A stretch of 64,000 bases of DNA from Balanoglossus misakiensis (lineage: Eukaryota; Animalia; Hemichordata), in the NCBI GenBank assembly GCA_040954595.2, contig CM082593.2, positions 6,789,579 to 6,853,578 on the forward strand, given 5' to 3'. Positions 39,162 to 50,934 of this stretch are shown here, piece after piece. Position 1 is the stretch's first letter, and the number at the start of each line of letters is the position of its first letter. The notes beneath the pieces were generated by a model that did no database searches, was not told where the DNA came from, and worked only from the letters and a program-made list of their open reading frames with translations. Made by a program: the position numbers and the translations under genes.

Positions 39162-40198
39162 AGGAAAGTATATAAACAGGACAAAGATTATACCAGTACA
39201 TTCTTGTGTGGGAGTCAGTCTTTAAATGAAATTAGCAGCATACATGTAAGATAGAGAGTCAAATTTTACTGTTACACAAAAATTATTCTTAACACTGGTA
39301 GGTAGAGTCATGGTGTTGGTGAAATCTGAAATCAAAATGAATCATGATGTGACAAAATTATTCAACACAAAATGATTTGCTTGATGAAATGATATCAAAC
39401 CACGGATGATGAAACCATAGTTACCAAGCTTCAACAAATCAAACATTCACAATGTTTCCACCCACCCTTAAAAAACATGTGATTGGTGTACAACCTGAAG
39501 CGTATAAAGAAGGGCACATCTGATTGGCTACTGACTGACCTGGTGGCAGGTTGTGATTGACTGCACTGCTCAAAGCTGGTGATTGCCCAATATAATTTTA
39601 GGTCTCTCTACCACTCACTAAACAAATCAGAACATGACTTGAATGTATAGATCTCATTTGAACACAAAGATCAGTGATCTCCTTCAGTAGCTGCCTATCA
39701 ATAGCGAGCAGCCCCCTCATAATTAAGTAGCTAAAATACAGTACCCTGTTTGACCACATGAATTTTTAATGAGGCAAAATTACAGTGACTTTAACCACTT
39801 TCCATCCTACAGGGAATAATATACCACAGAAAATACAGAACCGATTTCCAAAATGTGTACAATTGATACAATTATTGGGTTTCTACACAGTTGATCTTGT
39901 GGCACATAAATCTTTCTGTTCATAAAATTTATTCACAGTTATTACTCTTGTGTAACATTCACCAACAATTTCTAGTGGGATATAGCAGGAACTTATACCA
40001 ATCAGTTTAAATGCAATGAAAAGTCTGAAGATAAAAAAACAAATTAAAGAAATAAGTAGCACCAATGGGTTAAAAAAATCTGACAAGGCAATCCCTTGTG
40101 GTGTGTATAGACGTGGTTAAAAACAGGTCTTATTAAAAACATAATCGTCTTCATTTCCACCACCAAAGGGGCCTACTCAGCACCAGAGAACAGGCAAC

Positions 40199-40230
40199 TT
40201 AAATGTGGTGTTTGGCCTCACGAATCTCCT
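40199..40230 (-). CDS. SPARC: SPARC terminal coding exon
   Basis: Long pyrimidine tract, tttcag|AG GAG ATT..ATT TAA; EEIREAKHHI*. Confidence 0.85.
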
Positions 40231-43200
40231 CTGAAAATAAAGAGAGAGAAGAAAACATGAAAAACATGTAAAGTAAAAAATAAAACTTGTAGCGTTCAAC
40301 TGAACATGCATGTTAAACAACACTGTGAGAAACCACAGTCTAGGATGTCACCAGAGAAAGGAGTCAATTTGGTCATGATCACATAGACATCGTAAACTCT
40401 GTCCAAGCATAGACATCAGATAAAATTACTACCAATTTGATGTACAGAACTTGGGAAAGCATTCTTTGTGGATAAGTTTCCTTTCCAGTTTAGATAGAGT
40501 GTGGCTAATGCAGGTTTGTGATGACACAACCCACCCTCAACTTACCTTCATCCAAGAGAAGACAGTATCCCCACTCCTTGAATGATATAACACCGTTGTC
40601 ATCGGAATCACACTCCTCCAAGAAAGGCTTGGTGCAGTGTTCCAGACGCTGCAGTGGGGCCCGCAGTTCAACCAGTTCTCTCTCTGTCAGGTATCTGTCG
40701 CAAACAGAAGACACTTTTCATCAGTTTATGACCAAGTCAGTGAAAATTTATGTCAGACTGCATGTGCCATCATTGTCTGCAAGACAGGTTTAACCCTTTC
40801 ACCACCATGGTTCAGTCCAACCCCACTGTTTCCTATGGTACAGTTGGACCTCCAAAGAAGAAAGAGAGGGTTAACACTCATTCCTGTTGTGTCATCATTC
40901 TCCGAGCCCAAATATGAGTTTCGGATCTGTGCCTGTCAAAACTGATTGTTACTTGCCTGTCAGCTGGGTCGACATCAAGGTGGTGGAACTTCCATGCGAT
41001 GGGTTTGAGGTATGGTTTGAGATCCCTCTCAGCCTTGGCTTCCAGACGTCTCTCTTCGTCAGTCAGGCCACCATCTGCTATTGGCCACTGGGCAAGTTGC
41101 TTCATCACCTGTGCGAACCAGTCACGCATACGGTATGGGAACTCATTCATCTCTTCATCAGTGCATTCTGGGAAATCTATAGTTGGAGGGAAATATCCAC
41201 ACAAAGTGAGATATGTTATACATGTACATGTACTCCAGACAATAAGGACATTTGGGATACCAGGTTGTCATCATCAAGCTACTGTACATGTACCTCCAAT
41301 GTTGTCACATTTCTGTACAAAACTTGATATTACTCAAATCTATGAAACAAGTTTGAAACATCCTGTAAATATGTTTTGCATGCAAAGCAGTTTTCCATTC
41401 ATGCACTTTGCTCTAGGTTTGCAATCTCAGCAGTGCTTTGCACTTAATCTGTCAAATCTTTATTGCATAATTCCATGTTTGTTTTATCAATGGAGATACT
41501 TTATTCTGTTATCAACATTCAATCTGAAGTTCAAACAATGAGGTATATGGACTGCCCAGGTCATCAAAAATATCAACCAGAAAATACACATGTACTTTAA
41601 ATTTGCACATTCACTCAAGATATTCGATGGCTCTTTTTCCGAAAGAGTGAAAATTCCATTTTTCAAAGAAATAATTTGCAGTTGAAAATACTTTTCCTGT
41701 TCATTTCTGTTCGTAGAAGCAGTATCTGATCAAATGTGTTGGGGCAAAGGTCATTATTTATGTGTAACTTTATCTGGAGGGTTTTTTATAATTCTATGTT
41801 ATCCATCTATCAGTAGCTAGTTAAAATGTCCACTTCTTCCCACATGTTTCACATGCATGTGAAAGTTGATGGCATAAATTCTACCTTCTTTTATGAATCA
41901 TTGCCTGAGTTTGAAATTCATCTACTCTCGTAAGAACAATATCGAACTTGTGACAAGGAAGATGACAAAACTATGGTTAGAAATCCAACTTGACCAGAGC
42001 GATGGAGATGGTATCCACATGCCATGATCAAGCCCACTCACCTTGGCATTCACCATAGTAGTCGATTTCAACTTCATACATTTCTGGGTCGACACACTTG
42101 AGACGGTAGAACTCGCAGTCGCTCTCATAGGTGACGTTTCTTGTGCTGCAAACCCTATACTCTTCATCCTCTTCGGGGGCGCACTCCTCCACACACGTAC
42201 AATATGGCTGCCATTCAGCGTCGGTCATACAGGTCATTCCGAGTGGACATTCGTGATCAACACAGGGATCTGAAATGAAACATTTTTCAAATTTCACTGA
42301 GGCTACTTTTGTTTCTCAGATTATACAGTCAAACCTGTGTTAGTGGCCACCTCCATATAGTGGCCACTTTGTTACAGTCCCTGTGCAATTGAAATGTACG
42401 TTAACTGACCTGTCTACAAAGGCCACCTGCCTTTAAAGGCCAGTCCTGGAATGTCCCTTGACTGGCCACTATAGACAGGTTTGACTGTAATATCAATATG
42501 CAACTGTCATCTCATGCATAGCATCATAGAAGACAAATGACCGATCATGTGCTAACTTACTCTTAACTTTACATTACCATTGATTTCATTGGTCTAAACT
42601 TAGCCCTCTGAATGCAGACAACCAATCACACTCTGACTTACTGTTGATCTCATTGGCGTAACCTCTGACTGCTTCTTCAAATTCCTCCTCAGTCTCAAAA
42701 TATCTGTCTTGTTCATCGTAACCGAAGTCGATAACCTGTTCGTCTTTGTAACGCAGGTGATCCAGGGCGTCCTTTGCATCTTCCTCATCTATTCTGTGTT
42801 TATGATGTTTCTTTGATCCATCTCGGATTTTCTGCAAGGGGGAGAATGTCCATAAGTATTTGTTCTAAAACAAACTGAGCAGCTAATACAGCTCTTCTGT
42901 GATGTATGACATGAGAGATTGTAAAAATACGCCCTTCAGAGTACACAAGTTACAGCCACAGAATTACACACATATCATCTGATTCCATATACAGCCCTTC
43001 GGGGAAGGGAGGGGTGGGGGATCCTGATTTGCTGAAAAAGAACAATTCTATGAATACCCCTTTGGCAAAATCATGGAGGGCAACTTATGACCTTTGATAT
43101 GACCTTTCGCATGGGTCATTATTGTGCTCTACCTTGACAAGGTACTTGTGATGCAAGTTGAAGAGCGATTAAGATAATGAATATTCATACCATGCAACAA

Positions 43201-46200
43201 TTTGAACAGTCAAATTTAACAGGTCAACGTCCTTAGAACAATGCACAATAGCACAGGCAACTTTACATCACTTTATATGCATTTACCCCATTCCCACACT
43301 ACCACAAACCACGCGATTTCACCAAAACAATTAAAACAGGGTACTAAGATTGATTTAACTTCAAATGTATCTCAACTCTTCGCAAACTGTTGCAGGTCAT
43401 GATTGAAGAAGATATGTTGACTAGTTAACTGTATATGCAGATTTATTCAGTACTGGACCCCATTTACCAAAACACAATCTAAAGAATTGCAAAGTTACAT
43501 AATCCAAGTTCTTCATCAGCATAAGTGTTGTACCTGTGGCTTTAGATTAGTTCTTTACATATGAAAAGATTTGAATATGCAGCCAGGCAGTTTAACAGTG
43601 CAAAGAAATCCAGGTACCATTAAAGTGAAGAAACAGTAATCTATCAGCATGTAGACAATGGAGTGGATAAAAAACAACCTGAAGATCATACATGAAAAGT
43701 GGCTTTATTCAGTTCTGTTATATAGAATGACAACTGTGAGATTATCCTAAAATATTTGACCAGTTTTGACTATGCCTGACACTTGTGGAACTTACACACC
43801 CGGACTTAATTAATACCATAACTATAAGCAACTGCAAACATTTCTCCCACATGTCCATGCTGCAATACTAACATCTTGCAAGTAAGTTAATCTAGTTAGT
43901 TTAAAGGGCACACTAGCCGTTAGGAACCTTCTTTGCAAATCAGCCCCCTGCTTCACAAACATCCTAATTATCCGTTTCCAGATTCTAGTATATCTTCCTA
44001 TTTTAGTAATCTGCCGAGCACAATTTATCTTCATGGCCTGTTCGGTTTATTAAAACTCTTGACCTCTTGAACTGCACACTCCTCTGCCCTGTAATGTGAC
44101 TGCCTCTGTTAAAATCAACATACTCATTACTTGAGTCTATGACACACAAAACCCTTTTGGTCTACAACCCTTTTCATCTGCATGGCGGTTTTAAAGTTAA
44201 AAGGCATTACTTCATGCCCTTTGTGATTCCAACAACTACATCTTTTTCTCAAGCACAACATTGTTTCCTCTAGGGAGATCTAATTCCAAGACCTTTGTCA
44301 TTCATTTAGCCCTCAGAGAGGTTGACTGTCATTTAGCTCTTAGAGGGGGGTTGCCTATTGTCAATGTCAATATCAGCTACTTTGCATACAGCTGATATGT
44401 GCATATCAAAGTAATTTCTGAGTAACATTTTCTCAATTTGTGGAACTTTTTTTGACTAAATCCTGATTCGTGTATGGTTTAAAATTTCTCTGAAAATTGA
44501 GCTACTTCTAATGGCTCCTTAGTCCTCGTAAAAATTCCGACTGGGGTTACAGATTAAGTTTCTTCACTTCTATGCCATCAGACTATATGGAATGTTGTGC
44601 CAGTCCATTTGCAACCAAAAGAAACGTTCGCACTGAGAGTGTAATTCCACTTCCCAACAAAAGCTGCAACGATTTCGTGCCAGACAGAACTGACACTAAA
44701 TCCTTCACACAACAAAGTGCACCTTGTTCTTCAAACTGAATTCACAGCTAAAGTGTCTCTCTGACACTTACAACACTTGCATGACTCGAGGTCTTGGCTG
44801 GTGGTAGTTTTGGATCCAGAAATTGCATGATTCCTCATTTTGGACCACCAAATTCATGTACTGGTGATCTTTTGGGCCACCGTATTCTCGGTGGTCTATG
44901 TTTAACCTTCACTGTTGCTAGGTTCTTTCTTTAGAGTATTTATCACTGCAAAAGGAGACTGAGATTGTTTAATTATAAATAATTTAACTTATACACAAAT
45001 GTACTTAACAGACAGGTATTTCCTAATCAACCCATTCATTGTCACTGTTGTGACCATGAAAATACACAGTTTGTTAAGTTAGTATCTATTCTACTTTTCA
45101 ACCAGACTGAAAAAATTAAGAGCTGTCACATAAAGTCCCCTGGCTATGATTTACACAAATATGTGTACATCTGGTGATGTCAGGAAGCTGAGGTCAGACA
45201 GGGTCACTCAGTGGCAAGAAAATAATGTCGGGACTTCCTAATATGGAATGAATATTTCCTTATTAGGGGAATAACCTCAAATTCAAAACATATTGGAATC
45301 GCATTTGCTGCCAGATTTATCCAACAGCAAACAGTACAAATATTTGCTGGTGGGAATATTCCAAATCCTGGGTACCTATACAGTTCTGTGCCTGTTGACT
45401 TCACTACTTTTGTTCTCAAATACCCACTGAACTTTCCTCTCTTAAAAATTACCCCCACGGTCGTGCCTTATCAAAAACTCTACGCAAAACACATTTCAGC
45501 TCATTATAAACATTTTTCTGAGGGAATCTGTCTCGGGGAATCAATTCATTTATTTGCAAAAGCTATTTACAACTTAAATTTAGCCTGAAGTGGTGATACA
45601 CTGGTTTGAAATGGCTTTCAATCCCTCCAAGCTAAACTTCAATGGAGTAACTGAGCCTTTTTGAGGTCATGAAGTGAAAACAACCTCAAAGAATATCATC
45701 AATATCAATGGTCCGCCCAAATAATTGACTCTTAGACTTCCTAAGGGATTCTTTACTTTGTTCTCAACATCTTCCGTCTAACAAATATCACATTGTTCTG
45801 TGTCTCAAGGATCAGCACATTTCGAGGACACTGGAAGTACAGTAAGGCTAGTCAGCTGTCTCATTGACATACATTGTATATAGAACATTTAACCTCCAAT
45901 AGGACCCCTCGTGTCACGGCACAGTGACACAGTCTCTCTCTCTCTTCTTCTGTCTGTCTGTCTCTCTCTATCTCTCTCATACGCATGCACACATACACAC
46001 TCAATATGTGGGTTTATTCTGGGGTTTGTCTCTCCCCTCCCCCAGTCTGTCTCTGTGTCTGTCTGTCTGTCTGTCTGTCCTCTGAACATGTATGTTGGTC
46101 TTAGCCTGCCTGTCTTTATCTGACTCGCAATCCCCATACATGTGTATAATGTACCTCAGTGTCTGTCTGCCCCCCTCCCTCCCATCACCTATACGTGTGT

Positions 46201-47750
46201 ACATAACAATGTTACCTTCCCCCAGTCCATCTCTTGTAATATAGGGCTATCAGTACACCACCCCTCTCAGGATAGAAGAAAAAATATACGAAAAATTTAA
46301 TTGAAGTTTTTCTTCAAAGGTTTGGTGCTTGCACAGGGTAAAACTCCTGGTATAATCTCAAAGACTCTTGACCAAGTTTCACTGCAATACAATGCTCAGT
46401 GGTAACAGTTGGAAAGCACAATTTCGAAATTCAGTTTAATGGCATGACATAAACATACAATGTTACATTTTACACTCCGATACATCCCATTAAACTGTTA
46501 TTAATTTGTTTTACAGTCCAAAACACTCCATCATTATACAATTTTGTTACAATGTAAAATACTACATTGAAGATTGAAACATTTAATTTCATAATTTTGA
46601 TACATTGTCATCCCATGCAATAATAACGTCCACAGTATAAAAGGCAGTGGTCATCTATATACAATAGACCAAGTACTGGGTTAAATACAGTGAGCTGTTG
46701 TCGAGTGTAACCTGGGAACCGCGAAACTTTAGTAGTGGCTCTCTCATTTCCTGGCAAAATTTCGATCGCAGTTGGATTTTGACCAGACAAGTATGCTACT
46801 GTGTAAATACTACAAAGCTATGAAGGAAACGCGCAACAAAAGAGCGCAAAACTGTAAAATGTGCCCGCTGGTAACAAATAGGAACTCGTCTAGACGGTTT
46901 AAATAGGTCCTCGCCATTACCGGACTAAGTTCCGCGCTGAACTAATGGTGTCTTCGTCTTTAAAACTGGCGTTTTGCATTTGAAAGAACAATGATTGCTA
47001 AGGGTCTGTGCAAATTTAAGAGACTGTTTTCCCCTTTTCAGAACAAAAATAAAATCCATGTGATTCTAAGCGCATATAAGTTGTATTCGTACTATCATTG
47101 CAATGGGGTTTCACGGCATATATATACAAAAAGTTGTGAAAGACCGTTCACACTTCTTGGAGAAAATTAAGTAGCCAGTTTCAACACAAAGCCAAATGGC
47201 AACGGTTCAGTGTAGGCGGTATCCTACTCAAAAGGACGTTGTTGCTCCGCGATTTGCTCAGAAATATTGATCTACGAACAGAATATAATTGCACAGATTG
47301 AAAGCCACCTTAAACAGGCGTATATAATGTGGTCATATAAAAGAAAGGGTTCACAGTGCATTGAGAATCACACCCAGACCTTGGCCTAGCTGGCCCTATG
47401 TTCACTTTGTTTACATCCCCTCCACGATGAAATCGTACATGCCCACAGGCGAAGCGAAAGCTACGAAACGAGGACCCGCACTGCAGTTCTGAACAAAGTT
47501 TACAAACTTCGTAACCCTCCTTTTGATCCCGACCAATCAAACGAGAATAATATCTGGGGAGATCAACTGATAACTCTCCTCCTCTACTGATGATGGCCGA
47601 GAATATACAAACAGCAAAGACCGGGTTTATAATGGTTTCAGTGCGAGGCACCACCACCAGAAAAGTTTTGAAGAAGTTTTCACTCACCCCTGCGAAGGCC
47701 AAATCGGCACCGACGAGGCAGACTACAAAGAGAACGGCCAGAGAACGCAT
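40199..47750 (-). CDS. SPARC: SPARC / osteonectin / BM-40, 6 coding exons, 293 aa
   Basis: join(47750-47688, 42831-42642, 42269-42042, 41176-40957, 40694-40546, 40230-40199). Signal peptide, acidic domain I, follistatin/Kazal domain (10 Cys, NVT sequon), EC domain EFPYRMRDWF, EF1 DVDPADRYLTERE, LRAPL..EHC, EF2 DSDDNGVISFKEW. Confidence 0.96.
40546..40694 (-). CDS. SPARC: SPARC coding exon 5 (EF hands)
   Basis: cgacag|A TAC..GAA G|gtaagt; YLTERELVELRAPL..CDSDDNGVISFKEWGYCL. Confidence 0.95.
40794..40870. mobile_element. Short piggyBac-like MITE inside the SPARC GC-AG intron
   Basis: TTAA-CCCTTTCACCACCATGG..GAGAGGG-TTAA; inverted relative to the 2886 copy. Confidence 0.7.
40957..41176 (-). 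CDS. SPARC: SPARC coding exon 4 (EC domain), GC donor
   Basis: ctatag|AT..GAC AG|gcaagt; FPECTDEEMNEFPYRMRDWF..WKFHHLDVDPAD. Confidence 0.9.
42042..42269 (-). CDS. SPARC: SPARC coding exon 3 (follistatin-like domain)
   Basis: tttcag|AT..CAA G|gtgagt; NPCVDHECPLG..YYGECQ. Confidence 0.95.
42326..42487. mobile_element. Tc1/pogo-like MITE (TA target duplication)
   Basis: TA-CAGTCAAACCTGT...ACAGGTTTGACTG-TA; diverged inverted copy at about 27817-27992. Confidence 0.8.
42642..42831 (-). CDS. SPARC: SPARC coding exon 2 (domain I)
   Basis: ttgcag|AAA..AAC A|gtaagt; KIRDGSKKHHKHRIDEEDA..FETEEEFEEAVRGYANEIN. Confidence 0.9.
45930..46200. repeat. Degenerate (CT)n/(CTGT)n microsatellite region in SPARC intron 1
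   Basis: Direct reading. Confidence 0.75.
47688..47750 (-). CDS. SPARC: SPARC coding exon 1 (signal peptide)
   Basis: MRSLAVLFVVCLVGADLAFAG|gtgagt, phase 0. Confidence 0.88.
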
Positions 47751-50723
47751 CTTGAACTTCTGCCGGAGATCGAAACAACCACAACGAAAACCCAACCGTA
47801 CAGATACCGGACAGTCTTGGCGAAAACGGTGGTGACGTGTCCACTGAAATGAGATATCTTCAGCGAGAATGTCTCGAAGAAACCTTTTACAGACCCCACC
47901 GGCTGATAGGTTTCTTTGTGTTTCAGACCACCTAAGCTGCCTGTAAAAGACCCAGAAAAGAAAACTGCCTTCGAAATACTGTACTGACCCACAGTTACAT
48001 GACTAATTATAGTGGGGAGCCAATGCCAAAAAAACTGTGTCTTAATTCAATTAATATCACACAGGCGGACAAAACCAAAAACTACGTTCAGAAGTATGTG
48101 TAATGTTCGTTTCCTTTTCATAAGTTTACATGTTGTCAAACAAAACTTTAAAAACTACTCTTAACATTCAATAGTGTTCACTATCTTAGGGAGTCAGAAT
48201 GTCGGATCAGCATTTGAGAAAAAACGGAGCATAAAGTACTTGGGAGTACGAAGTCCATTTTGTAAAGAGGTGCAATAGGAGTGGATTAGTGTAACTGACG
48301 ATCTACTGTTGGTTAAAAATAAAATAAATTAGTAACTCAATTAATTATTATCCATTTTTCATGTCTCACTTTTTGTGTTTATATCGGTTATGTTTTAAAC
48401 GTCAAAACTAATGGTGTTCTCAACCTATTTACTCAATTCTGTCTCCCTATACGGGAATGGTTTCTGCCAACTCAATTAAGGAGACCATCTTCAGCTTCGC
48501 CAGCTATTCGACCCGAAATTCCACAAGAGGTTTTCGACTGCCTGGGGTTAGGCGCACTGTGGTTGTCGCGAACCTGCACTTTCCCATGGACTCTGTCGAA
48601 TCTCGATTGCGTGGATGGGTTAGGATTCACGGCGAAACGTTTATTCCACAATGTAGAAAACAATAATTGTTGATTAAACATCTTAAGATGGAAAGCAAAT
48701 AGTTTTATCAATGTTTTACCCCATTCCATGGCTCATATACATATTTATGGGGGCTACTTGACTACAAACTACCACGCTTTCTGTTTGACCCAAGTCATCA
48801 ACACACACTTCAGTGTTTAATTGCTCTAAATAACGCGAAACAATGAAGAAAAGTTTTAAATACTAGAGTACCATGATGATGTTACTTTGCTGCTGCAGAT
48901 GATATATAGTCACTGAATGGTAACTGTCATTGAGAAGCCCCGTAAAAATTGGACCGAATTTGTTCGATATGAGCAATGCTTAGCAAGTTTTACGAACACG
49001 CTTTCTTGGTGTAGATTTTCAGTTCGAAATGGTCTATAGACAGCTTTCGTACATTTATACAGAAAAGTACACATGTACTTTGAGTTGTTCAGAATGGCGC
49101 CTCAACCGGCAAGATTGTCTGATCCGTTCCGACGTTGGAAACATGGGACTATTTCCTACCGATTGGTGGCGCTTGTCCCCCTCACCCACAATGTTGCTCC
49201 TGGCGCTTGTTTTCCCATGATTCAAATTACAGTAAACGCCATATTGCCAACTTTCCCTAGATTTTGTAAAAAATCGCGCGACCTATACATGGCGAATATG
49301 TTTTTTTTCTGAAAGAGAGACATCAAAGCTACCAAATTATGTAGAAATCAGCTACAGCGGATTTCCCCTTTAAGCGTACCCGATGGTACTTATTTTGTTT
49401 CTTTGTCATCTTTTTTATCATTATTGATAACCGTTGTCGAATTTTTATTCAAGGGTGTCCGCTTGGAATCTGTTTTCTCAAAAATCTGAATTTCAAGTTG
49501 TGGCTAAATTTGCATGTAGTAAGGTGATTAGATTGTGTAAGATTACAAACTGCCTGGATGGACTAGTCAGCAACATCCGCTTTAGATTACACCACGGTTA
49601 GTAACGATAAAATTACAGAATTAGCGGTGGGATTGGGGCAGGGGACCAGACTAATCACAGAATACTCTAAATTCTTGGAATCGTGAGGAAGAACGTAGAC
49701 TATGATTATGGTTAATCTATATGCCAGTAGCAAACAAAGTTGTTGGATAACAAAGTCAAGATACAGTATTCTTCTGTACATTTCAAGATTTTCTGAATTT
49801 CCGTGTTGCTCGGCATTTTTGGCATTCAATCTTTATACTGACGTGCTGCCCATCCACCATGCGAACATACACCTGTGTCGAAAAGTTGCATCGTTTTTTA
49901 GAGATTGTTTACTATCACGTGATCAGCTGTTGACGATTTTTGCGGTCAGTGACCCCCCCCCCGATGAAATTATACCCTGACCTTCATCATATGATGGTTT
50001 CCTGTTTGTTGTGGTCACTTTCAAAACACGTGGCTCGGTCCAGGTACATGTATTTTGTTAATACATTCAGATGAAAATATTAACTTGAATTTTCAGAAGA
50101 AATAATGTTAGCCATCGTATGTGATAAAGAGCTACTTGAATTTGATATAAAAGATATTGCGAATGTTTAGCCCTGTGTGTAACACCGGGAACACAGGGCT
50201 AGCAAAGTATAGTGTCAATTTCAGCCAAGCCACGTTGTCTTTAAACAATAGGCTTATAACAATTGTTGCATTATTTTGGGTGACATTGTTATAGTGTAAA
50301 ATGTAGGTGAATACTAGAAAGAAAGAGCAATCGCCCAGAGTACCACACATGTATGTGTGGTATTTTCCTTTGAAATCGTTTCCCCGGACGATTTTGGCCG
50401 ACCAAGTCATATATCAGCCTGCTGATATCCAATTATCAGCGGAAGTTTGAGAACAATAGTTGTCAGTCCTTGACGTCACGGCGCGAACCATTTCAAGTTG
50501 CGCGAAAAGATGTCGAACAATTGCGAAAGGGTGTCTAACAATGCGATATTTGGAATGTTTTAGAATGAAGCACTATAAAAATACATGAGTTTTTATTGAT
50601 TGCTTTAAATTTAAAGCTTGTTCACTTTTCACCAATGGTAAATTTCGTTTGCTTAAAATTATATCCACCCCTATTTTAAATGTGTTAGTCCAAAATCTGT
50701 GCGATTGTTTGACATGACCGACG

Positions 50724-50755
50724 TATATAAGATAAGAAGCGTGTGTATATCACTT
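50724..50755 (+). promoter_or_regulatory. TATA box plus Initiator of the mosaic-protein gene
   Basis: TATATAAG at 50724-50731 and TCACTT at 50750-50755 (A is 28 nt after the first T of TATA), about 110 nt before the ATG; palindromic CRE TGACGTCA at 50471-50478. Confidence 0.6.
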
Positions 50756-50862
50756 TATCTGTTAAAAAACAAAGTCTGGGGTTCACTTCACGTAGGGACG
50801 GGATCTGCTGAAAAAGTTTTATTTTTGGCGTCGCATACGTACACGCGTACAACCGACACGCC

Positions 50863-50934
50863 ATGAAGTTAGTTTATGTCACCGTAGCGTGTACACTCTT
50901 TGCCTTGGTGTATGGGGCTCATGTCCCAGAACAG
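50863..50934 (+). CDS. Mosaic protein exon 1 (signal peptide)
   Basis: Kozak-like gccATG; [24 protein letters not shown]|gtaagt. Confidence 0.85.

Noticed and set aside
40887-41541. 146-aa and 180-aa plus-strand ORFs
   Set aside because: Antisense shadows of SPARC exon 4 running into intron.
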